From: the human T2T-CHM13v2.0 reference genome, Homo sapiens
Reading direction: 5' to 3' (one strand)
Assembly: GCF_009914755.1 (NCBI RefSeq)
Contig: NC_060934.1
DNA length: 64,000 nucleotides
In this document: positions 38,167 to 53,867 of the stretch, in pieces
Layout: the number at the start of each line of letters is the position of its first letter
Numbering within the stretch: position 1 is the first letter of the stretch
The notes under the pieces: generated by a model
Databases searched by the model: none
What the model was told of the DNA's origin: nothing
The model's input: the letters and a program-made list of their open reading frames with translations, nothing else
Program-made: the position numbers and the translations under genes

Positions 38167-38204
38167 ATTTTCCTTCAGCCAATAGCAGGAAGAGGAGCAG
38201 TGGA

Positions 38205-38380
38205 GGCCAAGTCACTGACCTGGGGGCAAAGACATCTGAGTTCTCATCTTGGCTTCTATACCTCCTGGCTGGGAGACTGTGGACACATTGATTAATCATC
38301 TCCTTGAATCGGTTTCCTCAATGGAAAGCAAGGGAGTAACATGATATTTGAGGGTCTATTCCACTCTGACATTTTATAGT
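38205..38380 (+). mobile_element. MIR3-like
   Basis: ggtttcctcaatggaaa...gagggtctattccactctgacattttat. Confidence 0.55.
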
Positions 38381-39146
38381 ATTATCTCTCTGGAGATTCC
38401 TAGAGAAACTATGGGCTTTTTGGAGAGGCGAAATTTGTACAATGGCGGGTAGGGTTGAGGCACAAATGGAGAAGGAGCCTAGAGAGAGTGGTGCGAGGAG
38501 GGCAGGGGGTGCTGCAGGAGATGGGGAAGTGGGAGAGGGGAGGGTGAAAGGAGGGGATGGACCCAGCCCTCCAACCTTGTCTGTCCCCCTCTCCTCACCC
38601 CTGTTCTGGACCCCCAGACCCAGCCTATCGTGTTACACGCTGGAGGAGGATGATTCCTAGGTGTTAAGTTTTCTATTTGACCCCTCTTCTGGGAATTAGT
38701 TTCAGAGCATTCCTATTCATTTCCAAGGCCAGGGTTCCTGTGTGAGCCTCCAGGGAGGTGGTTTCTCTGCCCAGAGCTGGCTAATTGTTCACCCACCGTG
38801 TCCATTCGGTGCTCGTGAAAATCATGCCAGGCTCTTCTACACAGACACTAAGGGTCCATGTGGGGCAGTCGCGTGACCTTGAGAGCCCTCGCAGCCTGAG
38901 GCTGGGGGCTGAGAATGGCCTTTTATCATTAACTCAGTGACAGGGACACGGTGTGGTGGTGGTGGGGCCATGTTAAAAAGTAACTTAGAAATTTCACATA
39001 AGGAATAGATGCCAGTTTTAGAAAATTTAAAAAAATTCAAGTAAACAAGAAGAAACAAAAAAATCTACCTGCCCGCTCTTAATCCACAGATAACCATGAT
39101 TAACATTTTAGAGTAATTTTCCTTAGAATTTCTTTGGATCTCTCTC

Positions 39147-39260
39147 TATAATATGTATATGTGTGTGTGTATATATATTACTTATATAATATACATATTT
39201 ATTACTTATATATATACATATATAATACTTATATAATGTGTGTATACACACACACACACA
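39147..39260 (+). repeat. (TA)/(TG)/(CA) low-complexity tract within an L1ME-like remnant
   Basis: Directly visible. Confidence 0.8.
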
Positions 39261-39289
39261 TAGATTCCCCTCTCCTATAGCTAGATTTT

Positions 39290-39587
<298 letters not shown>

Positions 39588-39869
39588 CCATAGCTAGATT
39601 TTAAAATTTTGCAATGTATCATAGGCATTTCCCATGTCACACAACATATTTTATCACCTTTAATATCTGCATAATAAACCATAGGAGAGTGTTTACTATG
39701 TTTACTGTTATACACAATGACTATCCTTGTTCATTGAACACATTTTTTTATTACTTCCTAAGGAAACTTCTGAAATAAATACGGCCCAGTAGTTTTTCAA
39801 AGGATGATAAAATCTTTAATATTGTCTTCATCATTATCCGTAAATATTTACAGAGAATCAATAACACTA

Positions 39870-40085
39870 ATAGCTATATTTTAATCATGCCTTATATATT
39901 AGCAACACTGTCTATACAGTCTCTCATTTAATTTTCCAGAGAGGTTTTTAGCCATTAGATTCACTTATTTCCATTTTACAGCTGTCAAAACTGAGGCCTT
40001 TTAGGGTTACATGATTTGCCCCGAGTCTCCCAGCTGGGAAGAGCAGGGACACGAAGCAGGGCTGTGTTGCTTTCCACTCCGCAGT
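39870..40085 (-). mobile_element. MIR
   Basis: tttccattttacagctgtcaaaactgaggc...gatttgccccgagtctcccagctgggaag. Confidence 0.7.
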
Positions 40086-40654
40086 GTTCTCTGCTCTCTG
40101 TGGGGTGCATGGCACCTGTCCAGGACAAGGCCCTGGCTCTCCAACCTACAGATGGAGGTCAGGTACCTACAGATGGATGGGAGATTGGCATCTGCTGAAG
40201 AGCAGTCGAGTAATGGATGTCAGAGTAATGCATCCTCTGTGAGGATGGGTGGGCTGGGGCTTCAGAACAGACTTCCTGGAGCTCAGCCAGGATGGATGGG
40301 GTCAGGGAGGCACAGAAGAGCTGGGAGGGCATGCCAGCCAGGGACACAGCATGGGCAAAGGGGCGAAGTCAAGGAAACCTGACGCTCCTCCCTCAGACTC
40401 AGTCCCTCGTGCTGAGATGAGCTCATAGGAGGCCTGTTCTAGTGCCTTCTCCAGTTACTGACTGTGAATGTGCCTGGTGTCACAGAGAACCGTGGTAATA
40501 ATGGGAATTTAATTTTCTTTTAAACTGCCATGTGTTAAATACTTTCATTATACAGTAAGAAATAATTTTCTGATTTATTTTCTCAAAATGGTAGCAGCCT
40601 TCTCACCTGATTCTAAGAATGACATCTATTCACTGTAAAGTTTTGTTAAATTTT

Positions 40655-41028
<374 letters not shown>

Positions 41029-41379
41029 CTAGGGTCCCCGTGGCCAGCTCCCAGACTCTCTCTAGGCCTATAATGGGGAAAGGGATTTTCCTTTAGGTTT
41101 CACATAAATACACTCTTGTATGGCATGCTTTCCTCCTCAACAATCTGCCTTGGATACATTCCCTCGTCATCGCGCATGGATTTCCATCATTATTTTTATT
41201 TATTTTTGCAGAGTCTGATGTACAGTAATTAAAAATGGTCAGAGTTTTGGGGACTAACATGCACAGAAATTGAAGCTTGACTTACCCAGATGAGGGTCTT
41301 TAAACTCTTCAAAATTACATGGGCTTTGTAAGCCGGGGTGGCCTACAAACAAGAAATCTTCTGTTTATATTTTTTGTTT

Positions 41380-41795
41380 CCTTTCTTGTTATGCAATTTT
41401 TCAAACTTTGACGAGTAGCGAGAATAGCACAATAAACTCTCAAAGGCCCATCACTTAGATTCAACAATTATCAACATTTTGCCACATTTAATTTTTTTTT
41501 CTTTTGTTGAAATATTTTAAAGCAAATTCAGTTATCTTGTCATTTTACCCCTGAATCCTTTAGTATAAATCTCTGACCAGGAGATTGTGGGGGGCATGGG
41601 TGAGGGAAGGTATTTTCTTGTGCAACCACAGAGCCAGGACCTAACAAAGTCGACCTTGGGATCTGGTCTATCATCAGATTTTCCTGATAGTCTCCTGACT
41701 GTGCTTTCTCCAGCTGTTTTGTTTGAATCAGGAGCCAAAGAGAGAGAATGCCTTGCATTGCGTTTGGTTGTTGATGTTTCTTAAGTTTATTTTCC
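41380..41795 (-). mobile_element. L1MC5-like 3' end
   Basis: gattcaacaattatcaacattttgcca, aaatattttaaagcaaatt, gtttgaatcagga, cattgcgtttggttgttgatgt. Confidence 0.7.
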
Positions 41796-42035
41796 AGAGC
41801 AATCCCCAAATAATACTAACTCACATAGTGAGATAGTACTTCATGAATTTTGATTATACTTCAACACCTCTGGGTACAAGGGGAAAGTCCCAGCCTGCTG
41901 GGGGTATGTTTTTAGCATCTCACTAGACTACCTCTAATATCTCCCCTGCTTGTTATTGTTAATATTTTAAAAGTCATTTTCTTTCCCTCCCCTCCTTTCT
42001 CTCTTCCTTTCTTTCTTACTTGCTAAGTCTGTAGC

Positions 42036-42566
42036 TGTATTAGTTAGGGTCCTCTAGAGAGACAGGACTAATAGGATAGATGTATATGTGAAAGGGAGTT
42101 TATTAAGGAGTATTGACTCACGCGAACACAAAGTGAAGTCCCGCAATAGGCCGTCTGCAAGCTGAGGAGCAAGGAATCCAGTCCGAGTCCCAAAACCTCA
42201 CAAGTAGGGAAGCCGACAGTGCAGCCTTCGGTCAGTGGCCAAAGGCCTGAGAGCCCCTGGCAAACCACTGGTGTAGGTCCAAGAGTCCAGAAGCTGAAGA
42301 ACCTGGAGTCCGATGTTCAAGGGCAGGAAGCATCCAGCATGGGGGAAAGATGAAGGCTGGAAGACTCAGCCAGTCTAGGCCTCCCACATTCCTCTGCCTG
42401 CTGGCAGCTGATTAGATGGTTCCCACCTAGATGGAGGGTGGGTCTGCCTCTCCCAGTCCACTGACTCCAATGTTGATCTCCTTTAGCAACACCCGCACAG
42501 ACACACCCAGGGACAATACTTTGCAATCTTCAATCCAATCAAGTTGACACAATAGTAACCATCACA
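42036..42566 (-). mobile_element. MLT2A (MLT2A2-like) solo LTR of HERV-L
   Basis: Colinear with 3014-3563; tgtattagttagggtcctctagag...caatccaatcaagttgacac...accatcaca; no clean TSD. Confidence 0.93.
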
Positions 42567-43318
42567 GGCTCAGTCTTAAAGAGGCAACTTTATCGAGCTA
42601 GATTTTAATAACATTACTTTCTTTCCATTGTGATATGCGTATTGTTTTTATTTATGGCACTGACACTAATATTCCATTTAGGGTAATATAGTTTTTCTTT
42701 TCTTTGAAGTAAATACATTTATTTTAATAAAACACTTGGATTAATTTACGGGAAAGTCATGGATTAGGTAACACGAAAACACAGCAACCCTTCTGGAAAG
42801 TTTTATTGAGAATGGAAGAGCCGCTTTAACCAGTCCTCTTTAGAAGGGCATTTGGACCATTTCCAATTTTTCCCACTAGATACAATGCTGTAATGAATAA
42901 TCTTTAACCATCTGCCCTTGTTTGTTATTTTCTTAGGATATATGTTTTAGAAGTAGAATTGCTGATTTTAAAAGCTATGAGTATTTTAAAAAGTCATAGC
43001 TTCTTAACCAGAGTATGCTGAAATTTATTTAATGTTTGGCTTCTGTTTTTATTTTTTGGCAACTCAGGGTTGTATGGGGAGCATCAACAATTGTGCAGTG
43101 ATGGCCTTGGCTTCCTGTACTTTTCCTGTGTCCCCAGGCTGTGATAGCGGGTTTTGTGCCTACTTATGGTGTTTCTGTCCTTCTGTCCTGCCCTTTTCAG
43201 TATGCCCTTCCTTCCCCTTTCTCCTACATTCTTTTAAATTTGCTACTTCTCAAGTACAAAGAGCTGGGAAACAGATAAACAAGTTTGTTCCGATTGTACA
43301 TAAATTAAGAGTAAATAG

Positions 43319-43652
<334 letters not shown>

Positions 43653-43859
43653 CTAGTGGGACAAACACGAGGCAAGTTTCTAGGTAGGTCCTGCCCCTTC
43701 ACCCCACTCCTCCTAGCTCTCTCCTGCGTCACAGCTCTAGGGTTTTTTTGAAGAGTGGTTCCTGGTGACAATAATGGTAAGTACTGCTACTTCCGGCAGG
43801 GGAAGTGACAGATGAGAGTGCCACAGGCCCCTTGCATCCCCAGCGAAATTTTTCAGGAA

Positions 43860-44070
43860 GCAATGTGGATTTGCTTAATTGCCTCCCTTCATCCTTACAG
43901 CAGTTTGATGGAGGTGGGGCCAGCATTATGGCCTTTGCTTTGTGGAGGATGGATCTGTGGTTCAGAGAGGCCAGGTGATTTTTCCAAAGGCCACACAGCT
44001 GGCTTATGGCAGAGCTGTAGCTCAAATCCAGGTCTCAATAGCAAATCCGGTGGTGTTCACACTCTTGCTG
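43860..44070 (-). mobile_element. MIR
   Basis: ggttcagagaggccaggtgatttttccaaaggccacacagctgg...ggcagagctg. Confidence 0.7.
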
Positions 44071-44684
44071 CTCGCTTGCTCATAGCCTGGGCCAGCCGCA
44101 CCTGGAGGGCTGTGAACAGTGATTGTCTGCCAGAGGATGGGTGCCAGGAGGGGGATGAGTTTTCTAACAGCAACGAACCATGTTATCATGGTGTTCACCC
44201 TTCTCAGAAGGGACCAGAGTGTGGACAAGATCCAGGGTGTTGGGATCTGGATAGGCAGGTCCAAGGGGGTGTGCCTGTGAGGGCAAGGCTCTCATGCAGC
44301 CTAAGATGTTCTCAGCCAAAAGGCCAGCTGGGCAGGAGCAGGGCCAAGAACGCAAAGTCCTCATTAGCGGGGACTGTTGGCTGTGGAGGGAGGAGCAGGG
44401 CCCCACCAGTCCCTCAGCTGGGTTCTGGAGCCTCCGTGGCCATGTGCTGTGCCAGGAAACCCTTCCTCTCTGAGCCTCAGCTGAGAAGAGGGGCCTGGAC
44501 CTTCAGGGGCCTTCCAACTGTGATCCGGGGGAGGCCAACCCCCTCTGCACCTCTCCAGGCTCTTTGGTATTTAAAGCAGTTCTGGGTTTTCTCTCTCTCT
44601 CTCTTTCTTTGTTAATTCTTAAGATTTAATTAGAAGGATTCTGATGCCAACATTTTTCTAAACAACTGAACAAAATGATCTTAC

Positions 44685-45415
44685 ATGTTCAACCCTAACC
44701 TCCTTGGTGTTTCACTCTTGGTTCATGAGACTTCCCCATCCTCAACCACATTAACCAGTTCCTTGGGAGGCATCCTCAGATCCTGCCTCTTCCTCCTCAC
44801 CTCACTGTGTTCTTTTCATCCCACTTCCTCAGTTTCCCTTTCAGCCCCCTGCCACCATCCTTCCCTGCACAGTCGCCTTGGCCTCCTCATGGAGCCTGCC
44901 TCTAGTCTCACTCACCCCTGACACAGTCATGTTCCTTGACTCCCGCTGCCTGCAGGAGAAAGCCCTAGATGCAAGGTGCCCACGCTTCCGCCCCAGGCTG
45001 TTTCTGTCTTTCCCCTCCACCCATCGCTCCTCCAGGTCTAACCTCAGGGGGCTGTTTTGAGGTTTCTGAATGCTCTGTGTTTTCGCTTGTCCTCAGCCGT
45101 CTGCCCAGACTGTCCCCCCTTGCCTGCAATGTGCTTTCTGCCCCTTGGCAGCTTGGAGGCATTAGACTCATCCAGGAAGACTCAGCTAAGAGGTCCTCAG
45201 TGAAGCCTCATCCACGCACCTGCCACAGGGATGAGACCCTCTTGCATTCCTACATCTGCCACCACAATTGATCACATCATTCTCCCCTGGGTGAGTTCCA
45301 CGCTAGACCCCAGGATCCTTGGGGCCTGAGATTTAAAATTCACCCCAAATCCCTGGCACCTAGTGTCTCTAGCAGGCCCAGGCCCAGCACATACTTGTAG
45401 AGGAAACAAATGAGT
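44685..45415 (+). mobile_element. L2 fossil (L2c-like)
   Basis: Pyrimidine-rich, degenerate L2 3' motifs (catcctcagatcctgcctcttcc, gtgaagcct, atccctggcacctag). Confidence 0.55.
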
Positions 45416-46527
45416 TCCTTGCTGCAACCAGGGCTCTATGCCAGGTACAGGAAGTTTAGAACTTGCCATTTTGACTCCATGGACATTTAGAACCTACCAT
45501 TTTGATCCCTAGCATTCTCTGCAGCTTTATGAACACTCATTATTCTTAAAAATTAAACAAAAAGATACATTTATGCCGAGAGAGTCTTCGATTAAGCCAG
45601 TTTAACATATTGATTTCTTTTCTATAGAACACAGTCAGATAGGTCCTGATTTTCCCTTATTTTCATCAATATCAATTGTTTTCTAGGTAGATTTTAGAGT
45701 GAAGATTTGTTTCATTGATCAGGATTTTTTTTCCCTTATCAAATTTTGCAAATTATAACACGTTTCTGTTGGGAGTTTTCTTTTATGGGTATTCTACCAA
45801 ATCGAGGTTTTCTGGAATGAATTTGGTGCTAAAAATTTTAGCAGGATGATTTCAATCTTCTGTTAATTCTGTAATAATTTTTAACATGTCCCATTTGAAC
45901 TGTTGTCTGTTCTGTTTTGTCTAGATTACTTTTACAGGAAACAATTGATTAAAAATTAATTTATATTCATTCATCAGGTTATTTATATGAAAACTGTGAA
46001 GAATCCCCTATCAGATATTCCAGGATTTCTCCATTGTCTAGGAAAGGATTAGTGTCCTTTCTGCTACAGGGACAAAGAGTAGGTGAAAAGGTAGATGTGA
46101 GGTTGTTCCTTCTCAGGCCTTACCATCTTTCTCCTTCCTCTGGAAGAGAGCTGATCTCTTTATCCCAGCAACTCAGAGAGCTGAGGTCTCGGGTCAAGGT
46201 CACAGAGCTTATGTTGAGGTCAGAGTCAGGGCCTAAATCCAGCCTGTGTGGCTCCAAAGCCTGTGCTTTTTTGTTGAGCCCTTTCCCTTCCCTGCAACTG
46301 TCCCAGGTGATAACAAAGTCTTGTAGAGACCTTTGGTGGAGGGTGACCAGCAGCCACTGTGAATGACCACGGAGGCCAGATCAACTCTGGGTTGTGAGAG
46401 CTGCAGGCATAGTCAAAGCCTCTTGGTAGCAGGAGTTTGGTTTCTAGTCTCAGTTTTCCAGTCGACTTGGGCATGACTTTAGATAAATCATTTGTCTTCT
46501 CTAATTCCTGGTTTTCTCATTTTTAGG

Positions 46528-46650
46528 ATTAATTCATCCAACAAGTATTTATCAAACACATACTAGTGCCAGATGGTGTTATATGTGTCAAGGTTACACC
46601 TGTGAGCAAAGCAAAGTTCCTGACCCCATGGAGCTGACTCTGGACTATGT
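46528..46650 (-). mobile_element. L2 3' end
   Basis: attcatccaacaagtatttatcaaacacatactagtgccag...cctgaccccatggagctgactct. Confidence 0.7.
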
Positions 46651-46943
46651 GGTCGGTCCCTACATCATCCTCTGAGCTCAATGATTCTGTGGATAGGGGT
46701 GGATGCTGTAGAGGAGAAACAAGAGAAGGCATTTTGTTGCGATACACAATCAGTTCAAGGCCAGTCCTTGCCTGCAACTGGTTTCCCATTCTGCTGGGGA
46801 AGGCAGGCTGCCACTGTAAAACAATCGGAGAGACAAATTTCCTCTAAGGACATCAGTGGCCTGCATGACCTGGCCCCTCTTGTCCTGTCCAGAGTCCCTG
46901 TGTGCTGATCTTGCCTTGACTCCCCACCAAATCCTTTCCAGTT

Positions 46944-47370
46944 TGTCTTAGTCTGGGTCTTCTAGAAACAGCCTCTGAGATGAGTGGTTGGAATGCATAC
47001 CACTGATTTGGAGGTAACCCTAGAAAGCAACAGTGGTGGAGTGGGAAGTAGGATAGGGAAGGAAGGGAAACCAGACAGGCTGGTGTGTTTCATTAGAGCA
47101 GGCTGTTGCTGTGGGCGAGTGGAGCTTGACCCTGCTGCATGTTTCCGAGGGTCCCACACCATGGGTGAGGAAGCCGGTGTTTTAGCACCAACTCCAACTG
47201 GGGATTTGCTGAGAACTGCTTCTGGGGGCATTAACTTCCCAGCACTTCTGGCCTGTTCAAGGCACTTCCAAGAGAGAGTACCCAGGCAGAGAGACTTGGG
47301 TGCTTGCAGTAGGGCACCGCAGGTGTGCCCTGGGAAGGTGAGTTCTCAGGGAATATGGGAGGGACTGCTA
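46944..47370 (-). mobile_element. ERVL solo LTR, LTR16C-like
   Basis: ggagtgggaagtaggatagggaaggaagggaaacca...gggggcattaacttcccagcacttctggcctg. Confidence 0.75.
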
Positions 47371-47375
47371 GAAGG

Positions 47376-47655
47376 TCTCAGGGCCTTTGCACTTACTGTT
47401 CTCTGCTTGGAGCAGCTTTCTCCCTAGTTCTTTGAAGGGCTGGTACCTCATCGTTTAACTCAACCCAGAATCTCTTCCTCAGACAGATTCCTTTCTAAAT
47501 GTTCACCCTCTTCCCAGAATTCTCCATCAGATTTCTCATGTATTTCTTTTACAGCACAGATCACAACCAGAAATTAGCCTCTGTGTTTGTGTAGGTGCTG
47601 CTGTATCTCCAGTGCCCAGAGAAGCATCTGACTCATAGTTGCTCCTCGATAGCTA
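47376..47655 (+). mobile_element. L2 fragment
   Basis: ctcagggcctttgcacttactgttctctgcttgg...ctgctgtatctccagtgcccaga. Confidence 0.75.
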
Positions 47656-49165
47656 CTATATTCTTTTCAAATAATACACGAATACACTCTCTTGTCATAC
47701 TCACCTGCACACACAGGCACCTTGCCATCTGCACCCCAGCTAAACACAGACGTGCCTCCCACTACTTCATCCATACTTACTACCAACAGGGGCAATAAGG
47801 ATCGAGTGTGGGTTTTGGGAATATGAAGATGCTGCTCAGTTTTTCATGCATGTTGGCTGGATGTTTGCTCATTAGGAAAGTCTGAATGTCCTTGTGCTTT
47901 GGGGGGACACGTGGTATTGATATCCCAGCAGGGTAAGAGAGGCAATGTCCAATATTTGTGAAAATGGCTGAGCTTCTGAGTTTCCTGAATCATTAGCTAT
48001 TTTTCACTTCTGATGTAAAATCCAGATCCCTTCTGACAGCCCACTTGTAGGTATTAAACGGACAAGAGCCCAGTGAGTGTCCTTCAAGATAAATTTCATG
48101 TCATCTTTTCTTGTGCAAAGAGGTTTATTCCATCCCTTCAAAAATCTGTAGGGTATCCTGCTTCTATTTTTTTAAAACTATATTTAGTTTGCTTTGAAGA
48201 TGAATAAAACTGAGATGCTATTATGTTCCTTTCCTACTTTGCAGCATCCAGAAATTCCTTTGCTATTAATACTCCAGAGAAACAGATTTCTTTGATTTTT
48301 TTTTTTTCAGTTTAGAAGATCAAAAGCTGCCAGAAATTGTTTCAAAAGAAAAATAAATCTCTGAGAAGTTGGATTTGAAATTCCAAGGGGCCGGCGCCTG
48401 AGTCCACTGTGCTGGGAGTCGTGTAATGAGAAAGTTGCTCTAATTGTGGTGCTGGCCTCCTTTCCGCCTCCCCTCTGCTCCTGGGAAGCCCCACCTTAGC
48501 CTCTGCCATCTGCTCTCTCTTGTGGAATCAGAATGTTGAGCCTAAAATTAAATTGCTTGTAAATCTGAGCAGGCAGAATTGTTTCCCAAAGAGAATGGTT
48601 AAAAGAAATGACTGTCAATTTCTGGTAAAACTCACTTCTTTTTTAGGGATGAGCAGTCAGATTGTAGAAAGTTTTGAATGAAGGACTCCATTTCCTCTGG
48701 GGGTCTGAAGATATGTACACATCATGTTTATATTTTGACACCCCTGCTCTATCAATAAAGGGAGTGCCTGAACCATTCATTACATGGTGCTGCTTCCCCT
48801 TGTGGCTTTGGGAAGGTCTCTGGCCTAGAAAGTCCAGGGTTTAGCAGCCATCTCCCTACACTTCTCTTGTGTGCTTTGGGCTTTGAAGAGGACTTGATGA
48901 CACATTTGGTGGGAACATAAAAGCTGAGATCCCCCACTGAGAGGGTTTGGATACCTGCTAGAAGATACAAATCAAAGAAAGGGGAGACATTACCCTAGAC
49001 CTGCCCTGGCATGAAACAATATAGAATGGGTTCAAAGAAGACAGCAATCAGAGAGTCTCCATGACCACACTGTTGGAGCTCAATCCTGAACTGGGGGCTT
49101 CCCTGGTTCCCCAACTCAGCTTCGTGCTTGGATTTTACGTAAAAATTAAACGACAAAAATGTTAG

Positions 49166-49496
<331 letters not shown>

Positions 49497-52400
49497 TTAA
49501 TGGCAGAAGAATTAGAAAATAAAGACATATAAAGAAAAGAAGATTAAGAAATAGCACCATCTACAATCTCATCCACCCTGAGAAAACTAATGGAAATACT
49601 TTGGTATCACTTTATACTCTGGGTATAACATGATACGATATGACATGTCATGATATTAGTATACATACATGCTATATGTATAAAAATATGTGTATGCACA
49701 TCTACATACATTTGTACTATAAATATATGTATGTATACTTATTTTGGTAACTAAACAAAAATATATGCCATTTTTTGTGATTTTCTTTTTATATTGATAT
49801 ATTGTAAAGATATTTTATGTCCATAAATATGTTTTTTATCCACATAGTTTTTAAGCTTTTGGGGGGAATAATTTTAGACTTACTAAAAATAATCACAAAA
49901 CTATGGTAAAACAATCAAAACTAAAAAATTAACATTCATTAAACTGTGGACTTTATTTGGACTTTTCCAGTCTTTTCTCCTAGTGCCCTTTTTCTGTTCC
50001 AAGATCCAGTCCAGGATCTTACATTAACTAAAGTTGTATTTTTTCCTTTGTCTCCAATGGGTGCCACTTCTCCAGTCTTTCCTGGTATTTCATGACTTTG
50101 ACACTTTCGAAGAGTACTGATCGGTTATTTTGTAGAATGTCACTCGATTTGGGTTTGTCCAATGTCGTCTTGTGATTAGATTGGGGTTAGATTAGATTAG
50201 ATTGCATTGTTGGTAAGGAAAACACACAAGTAGCATTCTCAAAGTATCATCAGGGGCTGCATGATGTTGATGAGTCTTTTTACTGAAATATTAACGTTGA
50301 TCACTTGGTTAAAGCAATGTCTGCCAGGTTTCTCCAATGTAAAGTTTTTTTTGCCTTTGGAATTCATAAGTATCTTGCAGTAGATACTTTGAGAGTAGGC
50401 AAATATCCTGTTTCTGCTAACATTAGCCTCCAATTTTAGCATCCACTGGTGGGGCTTGCCTGCAATAATTATTATTATGGTGTTCAGAGAGCGATTTCCT
50501 ACTTTCTTCATTCCTTCTGCATTTGTTAATTGAAATTATTCTGTCTGAAGAGCAGTCCCTTCTTATTGATTTATTAATTAGCATCACTCAGGTCTCATGT
50601 AGCTGCTTATAATCTAATGCTATCCTTATTTATTTTGTTGCTCAGGTTGCTCCAGCTTCAACCTTTGGGAGCTTTTCCAGATTGGCTTCTCTGCCTTTGT
50701 AACATGCTCTCCCCATCTTTTCTCAAGCACTTCTTTACTTTTTAGTACCTGGAGATGTTCCAGGCTCATTGTGTATTTTCCTGACCAGTCTTGGAATAAA
50801 CCAATTCTCCAAGGAGCCCTAGTGTATTTTACTGGAGAATGCTATTTAGAAACCATGATCTGGCTAGATGTCCTTATTTCTGCTGACTGTCATTGCTTCT
50901 AAGCCCTTTCAGCAGACAGAGCCTGGAAATATACGCATGTGTCCCATTCTGGGCATATGCATGTATTTCTCTTTCTTTCCTAAAAGACGCATGAGTTTAC
51001 ACTAGTACCTCTTATTCCAATCCAACACCACAGGGTTCATCTTAGCCTTTCCCCATTTATAACTTTCTCTGACATGAAAACCTGGACCCTAAAAGTAGTT
51101 TCAGAATACCTAATTCTTTGCCTTGTGGGGAAGAAAAGCTTACTAGCTAAAATATGGTATTTGTGTACAATTCTTTTGTTTTTAGCCTTAAAATACCTAG
51201 TCAACATACTGTGTTTCGGAGTAATTTGGTTAGTCCTTTTCTTCCTCACTCTCTTCAGTGTGGTTACATGATTCATTTGTAATATGGGCAGCTTTAATTA
51301 TCACACTTAGCCCTCCATTTTCAGTACTTTCCACATCCTAGGTTTTGAAAGTTACATAAAGTAAAATTCACTCTGTGGCATACAGTTCTATGAATTTTGA
51401 CAAATTCATGGAATTATGTACCCACCACCCTATTACCATACAGAACAAGTCATCACACAATTCCCTTCTGTGGCCCCTTTCTAGGCTTTCCTGACCCTCC
51501 CTCTATTTCTGGAAACCACCAATTTTTCATTTCTGTAGTTTTGTCTTTTCATATAAATGGAATCATACAATATGTAGGTTTTTGGGTCTGACTTAGCAAA
51601 GTGCACTTCAAATTCATCCATATTGTTCTGTGAATCAATAGTTGTTTGCTTCTTTTTATTGCTGAGTACTATTCCATTTTGTGGATGTGCCATATGTTGA
51701 ATATTTTTCTATTTATCAGCTGAACTACATATGGGTTGATTCTAGTTTTTGGCAATTATAAATAAAACTGCTTTAAGCATTTATGTACAGGGTTTTTTTG
51801 TGAGCATAAATTTGTATTTGTTTTAGGTAAATACCTTGGAGTAGGATTGCTCGGTCATATGTTAGTGTATAATGAACTTTGAAGGAAATTATGAAGCTGT
51901 TTTCCACAGTAGCTGTACCATTTTGAATGTCCACCTGCAATGTATGAGATTTCCACTTCTCTGTGTCATTGTCAGCACTTAGTCAATTTATTTTTTAAAT
52001 TGTAATCATTCTAATAGATGTGTAGTTACATTTCACTATGATTTTAATTTGCATTTCCCTAGTAACTAATGATATTGAGCATCTTTTCATATACTTATTT
52101 CCCACTTGTGTATCTTCTTTGGTGAGATGTTTGTTTATATCTTTTGCCCATTTTTAATTGGGTTATTTGTTTTCTTATTCTGATTGAGTTTTGAGAGTTC
52201 TTTTCATATTCTGAACATGAGTTCTTTGTCAGAAATACAATTTGCAAATATTTTTCCTTTCTCTGTGCCCTGAATTTTCATTTTCTTAACAGTGTCTTTT
52301 GCAGAGCAAAAGTTTTAAATTTTGATAAAGTTCTATCAGGTTTTTTCTTATATGTATTGTGCTTTTTGTGTCATGTCTAAGAAATATTCTTAATCTGAGG

Positions 52401-53138
52401 TGACAAAGATTTTCTCTTATGTTTTCATCTAGGGATTTTATAGTTTTATGTTTGCATTTAGATATGTAATCCATTTTGGATTAATTTTTGTATAAGGTGT
52501 GAGGTACAGATTGAGGTCTGTTTTTGGTTAGTTTCTGTTTTTATTTTTTTACATATGGATAATCACTGTTTGCAAGCACTATTTGCTGAAAAGACTATCC
52601 TTTCTAAATTAAATTGCCTTTGCACCTTTGTCAAAAATCAGTTGACTATTTGTGCGGGTCTATTTCAGAACTTTCTGATATGTTAGGTTCACATATGTGT
52701 CTATCCTTTTGCTAATACTATGATGTCTTGATTACTGTAGCTTTAAAGTAAGTCTAAAACTTGGAGTATGAGTCCTCCAACTTTGTTCTTCTTTATAAAG
52801 ACTGGTTGGGTTATTCTAGTTCTTTTTTCCATACAAATTTTGGAAATACCTTTTTGATATCTACAGAAAAGCCTGCTTGATATTTTGATGGGGATTGCAT
52901 TAAATCTATAACCCAAACTGGGGAGAACTGACATCTTAACAATATTGAGTCTCCAACCCATGAACAAGTTATCTCTTTCTGCTTATTTAGCTCTTTTATT
53001 CTTTCATCACTATTTTGCAACTGTCAGCATATAGATTCTGCATATTTTTCGTTTGATTAAAGCTAAGTTTTAATTTTTTTGGTGTTGTTAGAAATAGTGC
53101 TGTTTTAAAAATTTTGAATTTCAATTATTCATTTCTAG

Positions 53139-53440
<302 letters not shown>

Positions 53441-53867
53441 TTATTTTTGTAGCTTGACTTTTGAAAAATTCCACAACCTTTAATTTAAGGAATTCTTTGG
53501 TAGAGCCTTTACATTTTCTACATCAAATATCATATTGTCTGTAAATAGGGACAGCTTTATTTATTCTTTTTGAGTCTGCATGGTGCATACTCCCCCTTCC
53601 TTCCATCCTTCCTTCTTTTCTTTTTTTTGCCTCATTGTGCTGGGTAGGACATCTATTAAGATGTTAATAAGGAGTGATGAGAGGAGACATGCTTGCCTTG
53701 CTCATAATCTTAGAGGAAGAGATTTCAATCTTTTGATGTTAAGGATGATGTTAGCTATAGGTTTTTTTTGGTGATTTTTTTTTTTCTGTAAATGCGCTTC
53801 TATTCCTACATTTTTGAGATTAAAAAAAATCAGCAACAGATGTTGAAGTTTTTCAAATGTTTTTTCT

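Noticed and set aside
43812-44615. Longest ORF (267 aa)
   Set aside because: Overlaps MIR fossils, has no recognisable domain, and its low-information composition is typical of a chance frame in GC-richer DNA
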